From assembly GCF_036321535.1 (NCBI RefSeq), contig NC_087437.1:82648001-82712000 (forward strand): a stretch of DNA of 64,000 bases. The letters run 5' to 3'. Each line of letters opens with the position of its first letter. The stretch's first letter is position 1. Position numbers and translations under genes: made by a program. Under the pieces are notes generated by a model. It was not told the DNA's origin. It made no database searches and saw only the letters and a program-made list of their open reading frames with translations. Origin of the DNA: Camelus dromedarius (lineage: Eukaryota). Below, piece after piece: positions 12,926 to 25,294 of this stretch.

Positions 12926-14169
12926 TCTTTACAAAAAACAAACTTTACGAATTAATTAGTTTTACACCTTTAACATATAAAACAAAATTCCTAGTCATTG
13001 CTAGTATTAGGAACCAGTGCTAACACAATTATTGATAACAAAAAATAGAGAAACTTGAATTTTTAGTTAACCTTTGGTGACTATATTATTTCTGAATTTA
13101 AAAAACCCCACACACTGTCAGTAACATACACTCCTTATTCTTCGTGAGTATCTGGGAGGGAGGGAGGGAGCCAAGGGGCTTTGAGTTAGGAGCCAATGGC
13201 CTAGTCCAGTTCTTTAGGGAAAAAAAATACATTAAATCCTTGAGCAATATATCGGTTTAACATGAATTCTTATTTTGAAATTGGACATGCAGGCTCCATA
13301 GCCATGGAAACTCCTTGGACCCTTTTAGGATTTCCCTTTAGCTCATGTGTTACAGCAGGGAAAGAATATGGGCTGAGTAATGTGCTGACCTCAGAACCAC
13401 TAAAGTCTGGCGCAGCTGCCATCCTATCTTTACCCAAGTCCCTTGTTCAGAGGAGGGAAGAGATGTGCAAAGGGAAAGGAGAAAGACCTTGGGAGAAAGG
13501 CTCAAGAGGGAAACAAACAAATTTTGCAAGCTCTCGTCCATAAGAAGGAGACAAAAGCAATATTAGGAACTAGTGTCCCCAGTTTCTAGACACTATACCA
13601 AGTTGTCAGTTTCTCGGAGGTAAGATAAAAGAATCCCAGATCAAGTGTTTGAAAATGGGACCTCTTAAAATTAGGAACTGTTCAGTGTAACTGAGGAGGC
13701 AATGCTAGTCTTTCTTAAAGGTTAAAACCTTACTTGAGGATTATTAGGAAAATTATACTTTTGTATAATGCGTATGTCTACAACTTTTTTAAAACTTCAG
13801 GTTAACTTATTATTCCCTGTCATTTCATGTTGTCTGTCCTTTGAAACTGCCTGGCCACATTAAACATGTTCCCCACACCAGCACTCTATGGTGACTCATT
13901 GTGGGAAAGATGACTTACTTTGGTCCCACACAGCATGTAGTTCACGAGTTACCAAGGCACAACTGCAACATGGCATTTTGTTCTTGACATTTTAAGCACA
14001 TTTCTCTCAACTGTTAGAAATCCAAGATACTCAGAATTTCATTTTCTAAGACTTCTGACTTTTAACTCTAAATTACCTTTCCTCTGATATAATTGCTATA
14101 GGCTAGTTGTTGGGAAGAGATATAGCCCAGACTGGTTAGAGATCCCAATCTGGCACTCCCTACATATGT

Positions 14170-14352
14170 CAATGACTGTGCACAAGGTGTGTAAGCTCTC
14201 TTAGATTATTGTCCTCATCCACATGCTAAAGATATTAGGCCAGTCTTACAGGAAAGGAAACTGAGGCACACATAGGTCAAGTAACTTGCCCAGGGTTATA
14301 CATGTGACAAATACTAGAGCTTATATTCAAAGGCAAGCCATCTGACTCCAAT
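14170..14352 (-). mobile_element. MIR SINE
   Basis: 'ttacaggaaaggaaactgaggcacacataggtcaagtaacttgcccagggttataca..ccatctgactcca'. Confidence 0.85.
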
Positions 14353-15269
14353 TTAAGTAGAGAATTTTTGCTTGCTTTCGTATCTTTTTTCTCTATGACC
14401 CAAAAATCAGGGAGAAAAAAAAAGTGGAGCACCACTTTTCCACTCCATAATCAATTGGTTATGTCAAAAGAACGCTTCAGAGAGGAGGAACAATGTGAAA
14501 TCAAGGAAGTGCTGACATTAAAAGAAGCAAAAAAGGAAGAAGCAATAGAGAAGGTAAGCGTTCCCCAGTTTAGTCAAAATTCTTAATTTGGACACTTCGT
14601 ACTGTAATCAGGAAGATAATGAAAGCTAAAGGCAGAAGACCATCAGTCACTTTAAAATTGAAAACAAACAACAACAAAAATCTGATTTAAACTTTCAGAA
14701 ATGGGTTTTGTCAACTAGATAAATCACCAGAACAATATTCTCAGTATGCCCATAAAGTTTCATTGTTGAATTAGGGCTAAGGACACCAGGTTTTATTTCC
14801 TGCTCTGTGACTCAGTAACTTATCACACAGGAGGTGGGGTGGTGGAAAGTATCTGAGGGAGGAGCATGCCCAATGGGAAAGAAACTATAGTGTAAGAAAT
14901 TGTATTAGGAATCTCAAAGCCAAACTGGCTCAGAACAGTGACTATTGGATACATTAGCAGTTTCCTGGGTGGTTTTCATCATGGAAAGGATAGCCAAAGA
15001 CAGTCACTTGAGAGTTGTCCCTTATGACTGCAGGGAATATTGAACTTCCCACCCCTGCTTCCTTTAGAGCACAGATACAATCATCTTAAAGAGAAATTAA
15101 ACAGGAAAAGGAAGAAAAAAGCCACCATTCACGTATTTCATTTATAAAGTGAGCAGGCTAATTGAGATAATTTCTGAGGTTCTTTATAGTTCCATTGTTC
15201 AACAGTAACTTGAAGAATGAGTGATATTCTGGGTATCTCTCATAAGGGAAAAAATGAGAAATTTCTAGA

Positions 15270-15770
15270 AAATTTATTTATACTACAAAGATGTTTTTGT
15301 AACTTGTAACAGTGAGAATTTGAAAACAACTAAAATATCAGTCAATAAATTGTTGAATAATCTACCGTATATTCACATTACACACTGTTATGTAGCCATT
15401 ATTTAAAATTCAGTTGTGGTTATGAAGAGGTTATATATAACATGGACAAATGCCTGAATAAAAATAAATGACACACTACACATATATACCAAAACATCAC
15501 ACTGTACACTGTAAATGTACATAATGTTTTATGTCAATTATCCCTCAGTAAAGCTTGGGAAAAAATAAAATGTTATATATGAAAAGGCACATACAAAATT
15601 TTATATGTAATATCATTATAATCATGATTGAAAATGCTTAGGAAAAAAGGTTGGCTAGAAATAGACTGTTACTACTGTTGGTTGTCAGTGAGTGGTAGGA
15701 ATAGGCATTAGTTTTTTTCTGTTCTTCTAATTTCTGATTTTCTATGGGTTATTTTTTATAAAAGTTAAAG
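15270..15770 (+). mobile_element. Ancient L1 (L1M) 3' fragments
   Basis: 'tgaaaacaactaaaatatcagtcaata', 'aaacatcacactgtacactgtaaatgtacataatgttttatgtcaattatccctcagtaaagc'. Confidence 0.6.
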
Positions 15771-16275
15771 ATAAAATAATTTTCAATCACCTCTATATAT
15801 TTGAGGAGTTTTTCTTCCAAATGTGTAAAGTACTTTATATTGCAGCCAATACCAGGTAAGAGAAGCCGGCTTTAGCCCTGGTGACCATGAGCTGCATATA
15901 CTAAAAGCCTCGCCTAGTAAACTGATCATGTGGACAGTCAGGTCACTTGGTTGGAGGCAGACTAACTTAACTGGGATAGAGAACACAGAGATCAACTCCA
16001 ATCCTCTTCTCCCCTATGACATTTTACTATTTGCTAGTGATAAGGATCCTACGGATGGAATCTAAAATCATTTCACCAGGCATCACACATCCTTTGCAGC
16101 AAAGTGCTGGGGTCGTTCTTTCCTTCACTGTATTATGGGCTATGTCCCCATTTTTAGCCAATAACGCAATCCAAATTCATTAGTACCACACCTTGCCTTT
16201 TTGTAAGCAGATATCCAAAACAACACTTTTCCTTCTTCCTATGAACTTGTTTTCACTTTTAAGAAGCCACTTCTG

Positions 16276-18446
16276 CTATTCAACATAGTCCTGGAAGTCC
16301 TAGCCACAGCAATCAGGCAAGAAAAAGAAATAAAAGGGATCCAAATTGGAAGAGAAGGGGTAAAATTATGTCACTGTATGTGGATGACATTATACTATAT
16401 ATAGAAAATCCTAAAAGCTCCACACAGAAACTACTAGAGCTAATAAAAGTATTCAGCAAGGTAGCAGGGTACAAGATTAACATACAGAAATCAGCTGCAT
16501 TTCTTTACATTAAAAATGAATTAGCAGGGACAGAAGTAAAGAAACAATTCCTTTAAAATTGCATCCAAAACAATAAAATACTTAGGAATAAATCTGACCA
16601 AGGAGGTGAAAGACTTATAAATGGAAAACTACAAAACATTGATTTAGGAAATTAAAGATGACTTAAAAAAATGGAAAGCTATCCCATGCTCTTAAATTGG
16701 AAGAATCAATATTGTTAAAATGGCCATACTGCCCAAGGCAATCTACAGATTTAAGGCGATCCATATCAAATTACCCAGGACAGTTTTCACAGGAATAGAA
16801 CAAGCAATCCTAAAATTTATATGGAATCACAAAAGACCTACAATTGCCAAAGCAGTATTGAAGAAAAAGAACGAAGCTGGAGGAATAACCTTCCCAGACT
16901 TCAGACAATACTACAGAGCTACAGTAATCAAAAGAGTGTAGTATTGGAATAAAAACAGACATATGGATCAATGAAACAGACTAGAGAGCCCAGAAATAAA
17001 CCCACACACCTAAGGTCAATTAATCTTTGACAAAGAAGGCAAGAATATACAGTGGAGAAAAGACAGTCTCTTCAGCAAGTGGTATTGGAAAAACTGGACA
17101 GTAACATGTAAATCAATGAAGTTAGAACACTCCTTCACACCATATACAAAAATAAACTCAAAGTGGCTTAAAGACATGATAAACCTCCTAGAAGAAAACA
17201 TAGGCAAAACATTCTCTGACATAAATCTTAGCAATGTTCTCCTAGGGCAGTCTACCCAGGCAGTAGAAATAAAAGCAAAAATTAACAGATAGGACCTAAT
17301 TAAACTTACAAGCTTTTGCACAGCAAAGGAAACCATAAACAAAACAAAAGAACAACGTACAGAATGGGAGAAAATATTTGCAAATGATGCAACTGGCAGA
17401 GGTTTAATCTCCAGAATACACAATGAGCCCATAACAACTAAATAACAAAAAAAATAAACAACCCAATCCAAAAATGCGCAGAAGACCTAAACAAGCAATT
17501 CTCCAATGAGGACATACAAATGACCAATAGGCACATGAAAAAGTGCTCAATATCACTAATTATCAGAGAAATGCAAATCAAAACTACAATGAGGTATCAC
17601 CTCACACCAGTCAGAATGGCCATCATTCAGAAGTCCATGAATGATAAATGCTGGAGAGGGTGTGGAGAAAAGGGAACCCCCTTGCACTGCTGATGGGAAT
17701 GTAGTTTGGTGTAGCCATTATGGACAATAGTATGGAGATTCCTCAAAAGACTGAAAATAGACTTACTATATGATCCAGCAATCCTAATTCTGGGCATATA
17801 TCCAGAGGGAACTCTAATTCAAAAAGATACATGCACCCCAATGTTCATACCAGCACTATATACAATAGCCAAGACATGGAAGCAACCTAAATGTTCATCG
17901 ACAGATGACTGGATAAAGAAGATGTGGTATATTTACTCAATGGAATACTACTCAGCCATAAAAAAGAATAAAATAATGCCATTTGCAACAACATGGATGG
18001 ACCTAGAGATCATCATTCTAAATGAAGCAAGCCAGAAAGAGAAAGAAAAATACCATATGATATCACTCATATGTGGAATCTAGAAAAAAAAGTAAAAAGA
18101 GGACAGTAATGAACTCATCTATAAAACAGAAACAGACTCACAGACATAGTGAACAGTCTTACGGTTACCAGGGGAAGGGAGTGGGAAGGGATAAATTTGG
18201 GAGTTTGAGATTTACAGATGTTAGCCACTGTATATAAATATGTATTTAAAAAACAAATTTCTTCTGTATAGCACAGGGAACTATATTCAATATCTTGTAA
18301 TAACCTTTAATGAAAAAAATATACAAACAAATATATGTATGTATATGTATAACTGGGACATTGTGCTGTACACCAGAAACTGACACATTGTAACTGACTA
18401 AACTTCAATTTAAAGAAAAAGAAAATAATAAAAAGAAAAAAAAAAA
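16276..18446 (+). mobile_element. Lineage-specific (camelid-like) LINE-1, 5'-truncated, ~2.2 kb, with poly(A) tail and perfect 15-bp TSD
   Basis: ORF2 RT/C-terminal peptides in the ORF track ([57 protein letters not shown]), 3' UTR and A-tail. TSD AAGAAGCCACTTCTG at 16261-16275 and 18447-18461, preceded by TTTT|AA. ORF2 carries stops. Confidence 0.97.
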
Positions 18447-19349
18447 AAGAAGCCACTTCTGGCCTCATGAGAGAAAAGCACAAAGACAGCAGAAGCTAAA
18501 CTTTGTCACCAGTCAGACCTCTGAAGAGTTTTCAGATTATCAATTTGCATATCTTAAAAAATATTAATGAATTTCAGTAGAGGTAAAATACCATCATTCA
18601 CTAATTTGCTCGATTTTGCTAGCCAACTCCTTTTACCTTCTAGAGAACAGAAGTGACCCTAAGAGGACTACGGAGATGGGAATATATAACCTCCGTCTCA
18701 AAACCACATTCCCTGGCAGCCATTGGGGGTTTGTTTAAACCCTATGCACCAGCAACCTCCATCTTGGAAAATTCTGCCTGGGCATCAATCAAGCAGCAGG
18801 AGATGGTCTCTGCTTGCCTAAGCAGAGCCTTGAGAGAGAAATCAAGGGTTCTAATAGCACACTGCTTCTACCCACACGGAGGGGCCTTCTTAGACATAGT
18901 GAAGCCTGAAATCAATTGCCAAGAAAAGCCTTCAGGGTTCAATTAAGAGCAATGAGATGTTGGAAAATACTTAACAAAAACCAATCTCCCAAACCAGCAT
19001 AAAATGTGAAAGTTCTGGACACTGTGGGCATTATATTCTGCCAGATCCTTCTGATTATGTTTGGTGTATAATTGGAACTTCTTAATTAGAAAACTTTGGC
19101 TTTACTTTGAGGTAGGAGGGTGTACAAGATTCCAAAGGTGTACCCTAAATAACCCAGGTGGTAAGAGAACAAGAATTATTTTTAAAAAGAAAGAAATATC
19201 CACTGAACAAATATTTTCAAACCCATGGCTTTAAGACCCAGTTTCAGGGCTATCTACCTTCGGGATGATCATCTTTTTTTTTTTCTTTTCCCTTTTCTTT
19301 TTTTTTTTTTTAACAGATTTGACTTAATTGAAAAGCAAACACCTTGAAA

Positions 19350-19500
19350 TCATAGAATGTTCGAACCAGAAGCGATCTTACATATCATTTAATCCAACCT
19401 CCTCATTTTCTCATGAAGCCACAGTGACCTAGTGAGGTTTAATGACTGGTCTAACATAATACAGTACATCAGGGTCAGAGCCACTGAAATAATCTCTCAC
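19350..19500 (-). mobile_element. MIR (MIR3/MIRc-like) fragment
   Basis: 'atcatagaatgttcgaaccagaagcgatcttacatatcatttaatccaacctcctcatttt'. Confidence 0.65.
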
Positions 19501-21203
19501 ATCTTGAATGTAGCTTTGAGATTCTCAAACACTTTTCCATCTATTGGGTCATTTGATCCTCAACTATCTCAGAGGCATGGTGGCAGAGATTAATCAATGC
19601 ATTGGTTCTTATATTTCTGACACCCTTTCAAGCAAAATAGTGCATCACTTGGGAGGGAGAAAGAGTTCCAAAACTGAAAAATGTTCCACTCAATTCAATT
19701 TTGTTGGTACATTTATAATAATGTCAGGTGATTCTGTGTTCTTATCTGTGTGCTGTCTCAGAATCATACCAGGATGGATGACTACCTAACCGTGAACTGT
19801 GCTTAAAGTAGGAAGGATTCAAGTTTTAAAAAAGAAAAACCCTTATAATTTTTATTCAGTAAAGAACAAAATAGAATTCTTTCCCAAATATAATCACATT
19901 CTCCAGTGCCTGGTTAAGCTTTTAGAGTTGGGTAGACACCTAGCTGTGAGTAAGAGCTCGGCATAGTCTTTTCTGGAATTGGGGGTGAGGCCTGTCTTGT
20001 GCTTGAAGGTCACTTCAATTCCTGGAACTTACGATTCTTTGGCTTTATTTTCTTCAGTTCAATAGGACAATTTTCATTTTCAGCCTTAATACTTCTCAGA
20101 AATCTTCTAATTTTGAAATTCATTAAAGTCTGAACTCACCTAAAAGTTGAGTAGTTTAACTATGGTATTATCTCTCAAGGGCAGAAATTAAATTGGGCCT
20201 AGCCTGAGACTCACTCTAAGCATGATTAATGTGACTTTCACTCCTTTCCCATTTCCTCTCTGTGGACTGATGTGGAAAGCAAGACTACATTAATGCCTAA
20301 ATAAACAGAAACTCTCTTCCTTCACTCTACTTTTAAACATCATAGTTTTTATAATGTATTGATTAAAAACATATTTTAATCATATTTAATGTCTTTAACT
20401 TTTTCCCAAGTATGATCACATTCTCCAGTGCCTGGTTAAGCTGTTTTCCTCCAAAAGCTATTAACTAAACATCCAGACTAGAATAAACCAACAACTCTGT
20501 GCTTTGCATGGAGGTCGAACTAGAATGTACACTGCATAAGACTTGTATAACCAGGGAAGTTTACTAAAATTAAGTACAGATGTGGAATTACAAACATTCC
20601 TATTTCTCAAATCTGGCACACTATGGTATATGTCTTTCAGCTTCCTTGATATGAAAGGTTTGCTAGCGCCACTCCTTGTTAAATCATGTGAGGTATAATT
20701 GGTCCAAGGCTCACACTCCCATCAGTTGTCTGTTTTGTCCTATGTATCTTCAAATATACCTCATAAGAAATAATGATAAAGGGTATACAGGCTGAAGGGC
20801 ACTAAACAGAAGCTGCACATTTTCACACCAAGACCTCCATTCATAAAAGGCTTTTTAATCCAGTTTTATTGTCTAGTAGATAAACTGAAAAGTTTTTATT
20901 TGTTTGGGGGGGGTTGGGTTTTTTTAAGGAAAAAATGAGCTTTTATCACATTTCTAAAATATAACATTTGTGCTTCTGTGTATGTTAGCTAAGTCTTTTC
21001 AGGGCCAAAAACAAACAAAAATTATTCCATAAAAAATACAAAAAATCCATTTTCCTTCTCTCAAATTCCTACCTGAGCCAAACTGGAAGTGTTGATCCCA
21101 GAGACCATTCATCTGGAAAGGAATCTTTTTTTTGGATTTTTTTTTTTCCTTAAGACTTCACAAGCTGTTCATAGTTCTCAGATCCTCTCTAAGCCTTTTC
21201 TAA

Positions 21204-21354
21204 TTTTTTTTTTTTTTTTTTTTTTTTTAGTTTTTGGGGGGGACGAGAGGGTAATTAGGTTTATTTATTTATTTATTTAATGGAGGTACTGGGGCTGGAA
21301 CCCCGGACCTCATGCACACTAACCATATACTCTACCACTGAGCTATACCCTCCC
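21204..21354 (-). mobile_element. tRNA-derived SINE, Vic-1-type (camelid)
   Basis: Reverse complement reads GGGAGGGTATAGCTCAGTGGTAGAG (A box) ... GAGGTCCGGGGTTCCAGCCCCAGTACCTCCA (degenerate B box), then (TAAA)n, 'cctaattacc', a C-run and poly(A). Confidence 0.9.
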
Positions 21355-23930
21355 TACTCTGGAAGGGAGTCTTTAAAAGCACATTGACTGTAATCCCATT
21401 TCATTCTTCCAGTTAAACTTGATTCAAAGCATTTTGGAAAATCTAGTTGATTATCATTTCCATGTGATAGATGCAGACGCGGTCTCCTCTCTGTATGTCT
21501 CCCTTCTACATTCCATAGTCTGTGAAATATTAGAAGTATTTTAAAGATGCTTCTAATATATAGTATTGCTGAGGGGAAAAAAAAAAAAGATGCCTACAAG
21601 GAACCTCACAGTTGCAAGTGTCTTTACATTATCTCTTACCTGATCTTCACTTTTGTATATAAATAGTCCACTGGACTGCAGTGACAATGAGCCTAACAAG
21701 TTCTGACCCGTCTATTAATCAATAACACATTATACTGCCTGAATTTGGAAATAGTTCCAATTGCAAAATCTAATATTGAATAAAAAATGATGAAGAGAAA
21801 TAATTAAATCTCCTGTTACATTGATTTGGATTGGAGATATTTCCAAATTCAAAATCTAATACTGAACAGAAATTAATGAAAAGAGAGTTTCAAAACTCTT
21901 CCTGAAGATAAAGCTAGGATATTAGGTGAACTGTGCAACTTACTAAGAGAACAAGCCCAAACTGATGTCACAAGTGCTTAAGCACGCCATTTTAAAGGAG
22001 TCTAACCTTTTTTTAAAAAACGGTGGAGGAGGCAGTTAAAAGCAATTTAAATCTTTGGTTAAATTTCTCAAAGTGTTTCCAAAGAAAATTCCATTCATAG
22101 AGGATAGCAAAAATGTCTCTAAAATCCTCTCTATCCATTTTTCTCACAATGTCCCACATTGAACAAATTCAGCTGCCCAAATTTCCTCTGTTCCTTTTAC
22201 AAAATCCCTGAAAACTCTCCTTCAAAACAGCAACTCTCACTTTCTCCTTTTGGCCTTTACACATCTATTCATTTCTCCCATAAGCAGGATACTCTCTCTC
22301 TACACACAGCAGAGGAAGGACTGGTACAAGTATAACTTTTAAACATTTTGTAAGACAGTGTCTGTATCCTTTACCAACCTTCCCGAAAAAGATACTCTAC
22401 TGGCTGCTGAGACAAACTCCATTCAGCCTTTCTGTTTGGGTCCCCACAATCATACGGAAATTCAAACCAAGCAATTTCAACTCGCACTACTGGCACTGAC
22501 TGTCTAAGGCTTGTATTTCAGGGTTTCAAAACAAGGCTTTGGTGCCAGCTTGTCCCATGGCGGGAAGAAAAGCAAATGAAGCCACAGAGACGTGCCAGTT
22601 TTAATTCGATTTCCGGCTCGACAACCCAACCCTGGTATGAAAATAAAACTTAAAACCTAAATCTCTCATGTAGTAATCAACAAAAAATGCCCTCTCTCAC
22701 TACCCACCCCCCTAAAAAGAAGCCTTCAGAATTCTTCCAAACCCAACTGGTGAATGTAATCAACTTCTCAGAAGGAGGGCTGTGAATTACTGTGTCTTTC
22801 CAGGGCTAGACAGCATGGCGGGGATACAGGGCCTCAGTAGCAAAATGCATGTGTGGGTATAGGGACGAACAAAGGGAAGTGAGCTCTGGCTTGGAATATA
22901 AAACTCTGATCCTGAAGACAGAATTTGTACCTAATTGAATCTAACAGTTTTAGCAGGGCCTTTTGGGTAGAAATGTTTTCACGTCTACCCTGTGCCTCCA
23001 TAATTGATTTAACATGCGTTGGGATGGGCGCTAAAAGTCCTGAATCCTGAACCTAGTCTGGTTAACCAAAACAGAAACACCAACACAGGATACAACGCAT
23101 TGCTGTCAAGTCCAAAATATACAGGACATAGGAAAAATTAAGGAAACACAATAAAGGATTTATCCTGCCTTTTGGGCAGGATAAAAGATGTGTGCTAATT
23201 TCCAAATAATGAGGTCTTTTCATTTTATGTGAAAATATTTTCTTAACAAAAATTCCAAGAACTAAACTAACTTCACATTACTTTGACTACTTATGTGAAG
23301 TGTGTTTACAGGAGGAAATAAGGAAATAGCACATAAATGAAAAAGAATGGTTATTTAGATGAGCTTTGATAAGTAAATTTCAACTACTTATTAGTCATAG
23401 ATGTTGATGTGGCAAATGTTTGCTCACCAGCTCCAGGACTGTATTCTGCTGAGAGTGTCCTCACATCCTTTCAATTTCAAATGAACTTTTCAGAGTGTTC
23501 CTCACTTAACTTTCATTAACTCCTTCTCTTATTCATTTTTCCCCTAGAATTTAGCTTAGGGTGACTCTCAGGGTCAGTCTTCATTTACAGGGAGCAGGTG
23601 GGTGAAAGAGAGTTTGGGAATGACTTAAACAATGATTAGGAACAGTAGAGCAAACCAGTAGGGATTACACAAGCAGAGAGCTGGGATTTCCCAGGAATCT
23701 AACTTGTTAGTAGTCTTACTCTCTGCTCATCAAAAATGAACCAGCCCAACATTTTGGACATTTGATATAAATTAAAACTTTTAGAAACACAGAATTGGTA
23801 TAAAAGAATGTACATTAATTAATCTTCTTAATTCATCTATTATTAATTCCTTTTTGAGTTCCTCTAAGCATCCTTATCGAAACAGCTTTAAGATAATGTA
23901 TTATTTCTCATTTTAAAATATTTATGTGTA

Positions 23931-24393
23931 TGTAAACTTATCATCTGGAATCAACTTTCAACATTAAAAATAAAATGGCTAGTTATTTTACCAGCAAAAA
24001 AAAAAAAAAAAAAAAAGTTTATTTGGGAGTGACAGAGGAATTGCAATTCAGGACATGCAAACTATAGCAAGGCATAGGCAAGTCCAGAGAACACAGGAGA
24101 GGAAGGGTTACTTTACAGAGAAAAGAAGAAAGTTGGGAAGGGCTGCTTTGAACATAAGTCCATTGTAGGAAAGCAGAAGTTCAGGGTGGTCATGGCTGAG
24201 TTGCTGCAGTTTCTTATTGGCTGGGCCTTTACTGGGCTAGGAGAAAATCTTCCTTCCTCCTGCTGAGGTAGTAAAGTAAGTTTCATCCTGCCCAGGAGTG
24301 TCAGATAAGCTGCCGCAGAAGGTACATGCGTGAGAGCTCCCCATTCAGGGCTTCCAGACTGCATTTAAAATGAGGTACTTCTTTACTTTCACA
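23931..24393 (-). mobile_element. ERV1-type solo LTR (family unassigned)
   Basis: TG...CA ends; antisense poly(A) signal 'tttatt' at ~24018; antisense CCAAT 'attggctg'; 'ccagactgcatttaaaatgagg' typical of ERV1 U3 starts. Confidence 0.6.
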
Positions 24394-25294
24394 CAATGCT
24401 ATATCAAGATTGTGCCACACTTGTTCTGTTTATCTTTTTTAACTCTTAATGTTAAAGTATTTCAAAGAATCCCAAATATGTCCTTTCATCCCAATATATT
24501 TCAGTGTGTGTCTCTAAAAGTTAAAAAAAAAAAAAAGGTGGTGACAGCAATCCCACCCTTAAAAATTTTAATGATAAAGTATTTTAAACAAATAGAAAAA
24601 AATATAACAGACACCTATATAGCCACCAGCAAGGTAAAATAGATGTCAACATTTAGCCTTACTTGCTTCTGTTAGGGTTTCTTCTTTTTTCCAAAGAAGT
24701 AAATCACTGCAAATATTGTCAAGTGCCTCCTTTTTTCACTAGTTTTTCAAGTGTATACTGCCTCTTAGCCAAAATGTTAAAACGCTTTATAAACCAATCC
24801 ATACCAAATTTTCACATAATTCCTACAGCTGTTTTATTTTAATTAGCTCTTCAAAAGTCTCTACTAGTTATAATCTTCATCACTGGGTCACTTATAGAAA
24901 TATTTTCTAGAAGAACTAGACTGTTCCATCAGGCTTAGTTTTAAATTATCACACACTTCCTGAATGTTTTAGATTAAGCATTGTGTTTTACCTCATGTTT
25001 GAACACCGTAACCTTTCTTGTAGATATAAAAATAGAAATGAAATTAATTTATAATACCATTAATCTACAGAGACTACCATGTCTTTTTTCACTAAAATTT
25101 AGATAAATTTAATTGATCTTGCCTGGAACTTAATGTAAACTGAAACAAACTAAATGCATCCAATTTACTTAATGAGGAGATATATACCAAACCTGCAAGA
25201 CTTACGTGGGACATGGTGATGGATTTATATAAACCTACTTGAAGCTAATAAATGAAATAGGATTATTTTCTCATCTATATTTCTTTCCACGTAG

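Noticed and set aside
16368..18083. Reverse-transcriptase-like ORFs as a functional RT gene
   Set aside because: Fragments of a 5'-truncated L1 ORF2 with stops and frameshifts; no intact CDS.
18653..18946. 97-aa ORF
   Set aside because: GTG start, no recognisable homology and no clear splice context.
21280..21354. tRNA gene
   Set aside because: The tRNA-like head runs into a SINE body and poly(A), the B box is degenerate, and TSDs are present; it is a SINE.
21543..21593. Possible small A-tailed insertion flanked by aaagatgc
   Set aside because: The 8-bp AT-rich repeat is too short to tell from chance.
19880..21905. CRISPR-like repeat-spacer array
   Set aside because: Each repeat has only two copies with irregular spacing, in eukaryotic DNA with no cas genes.
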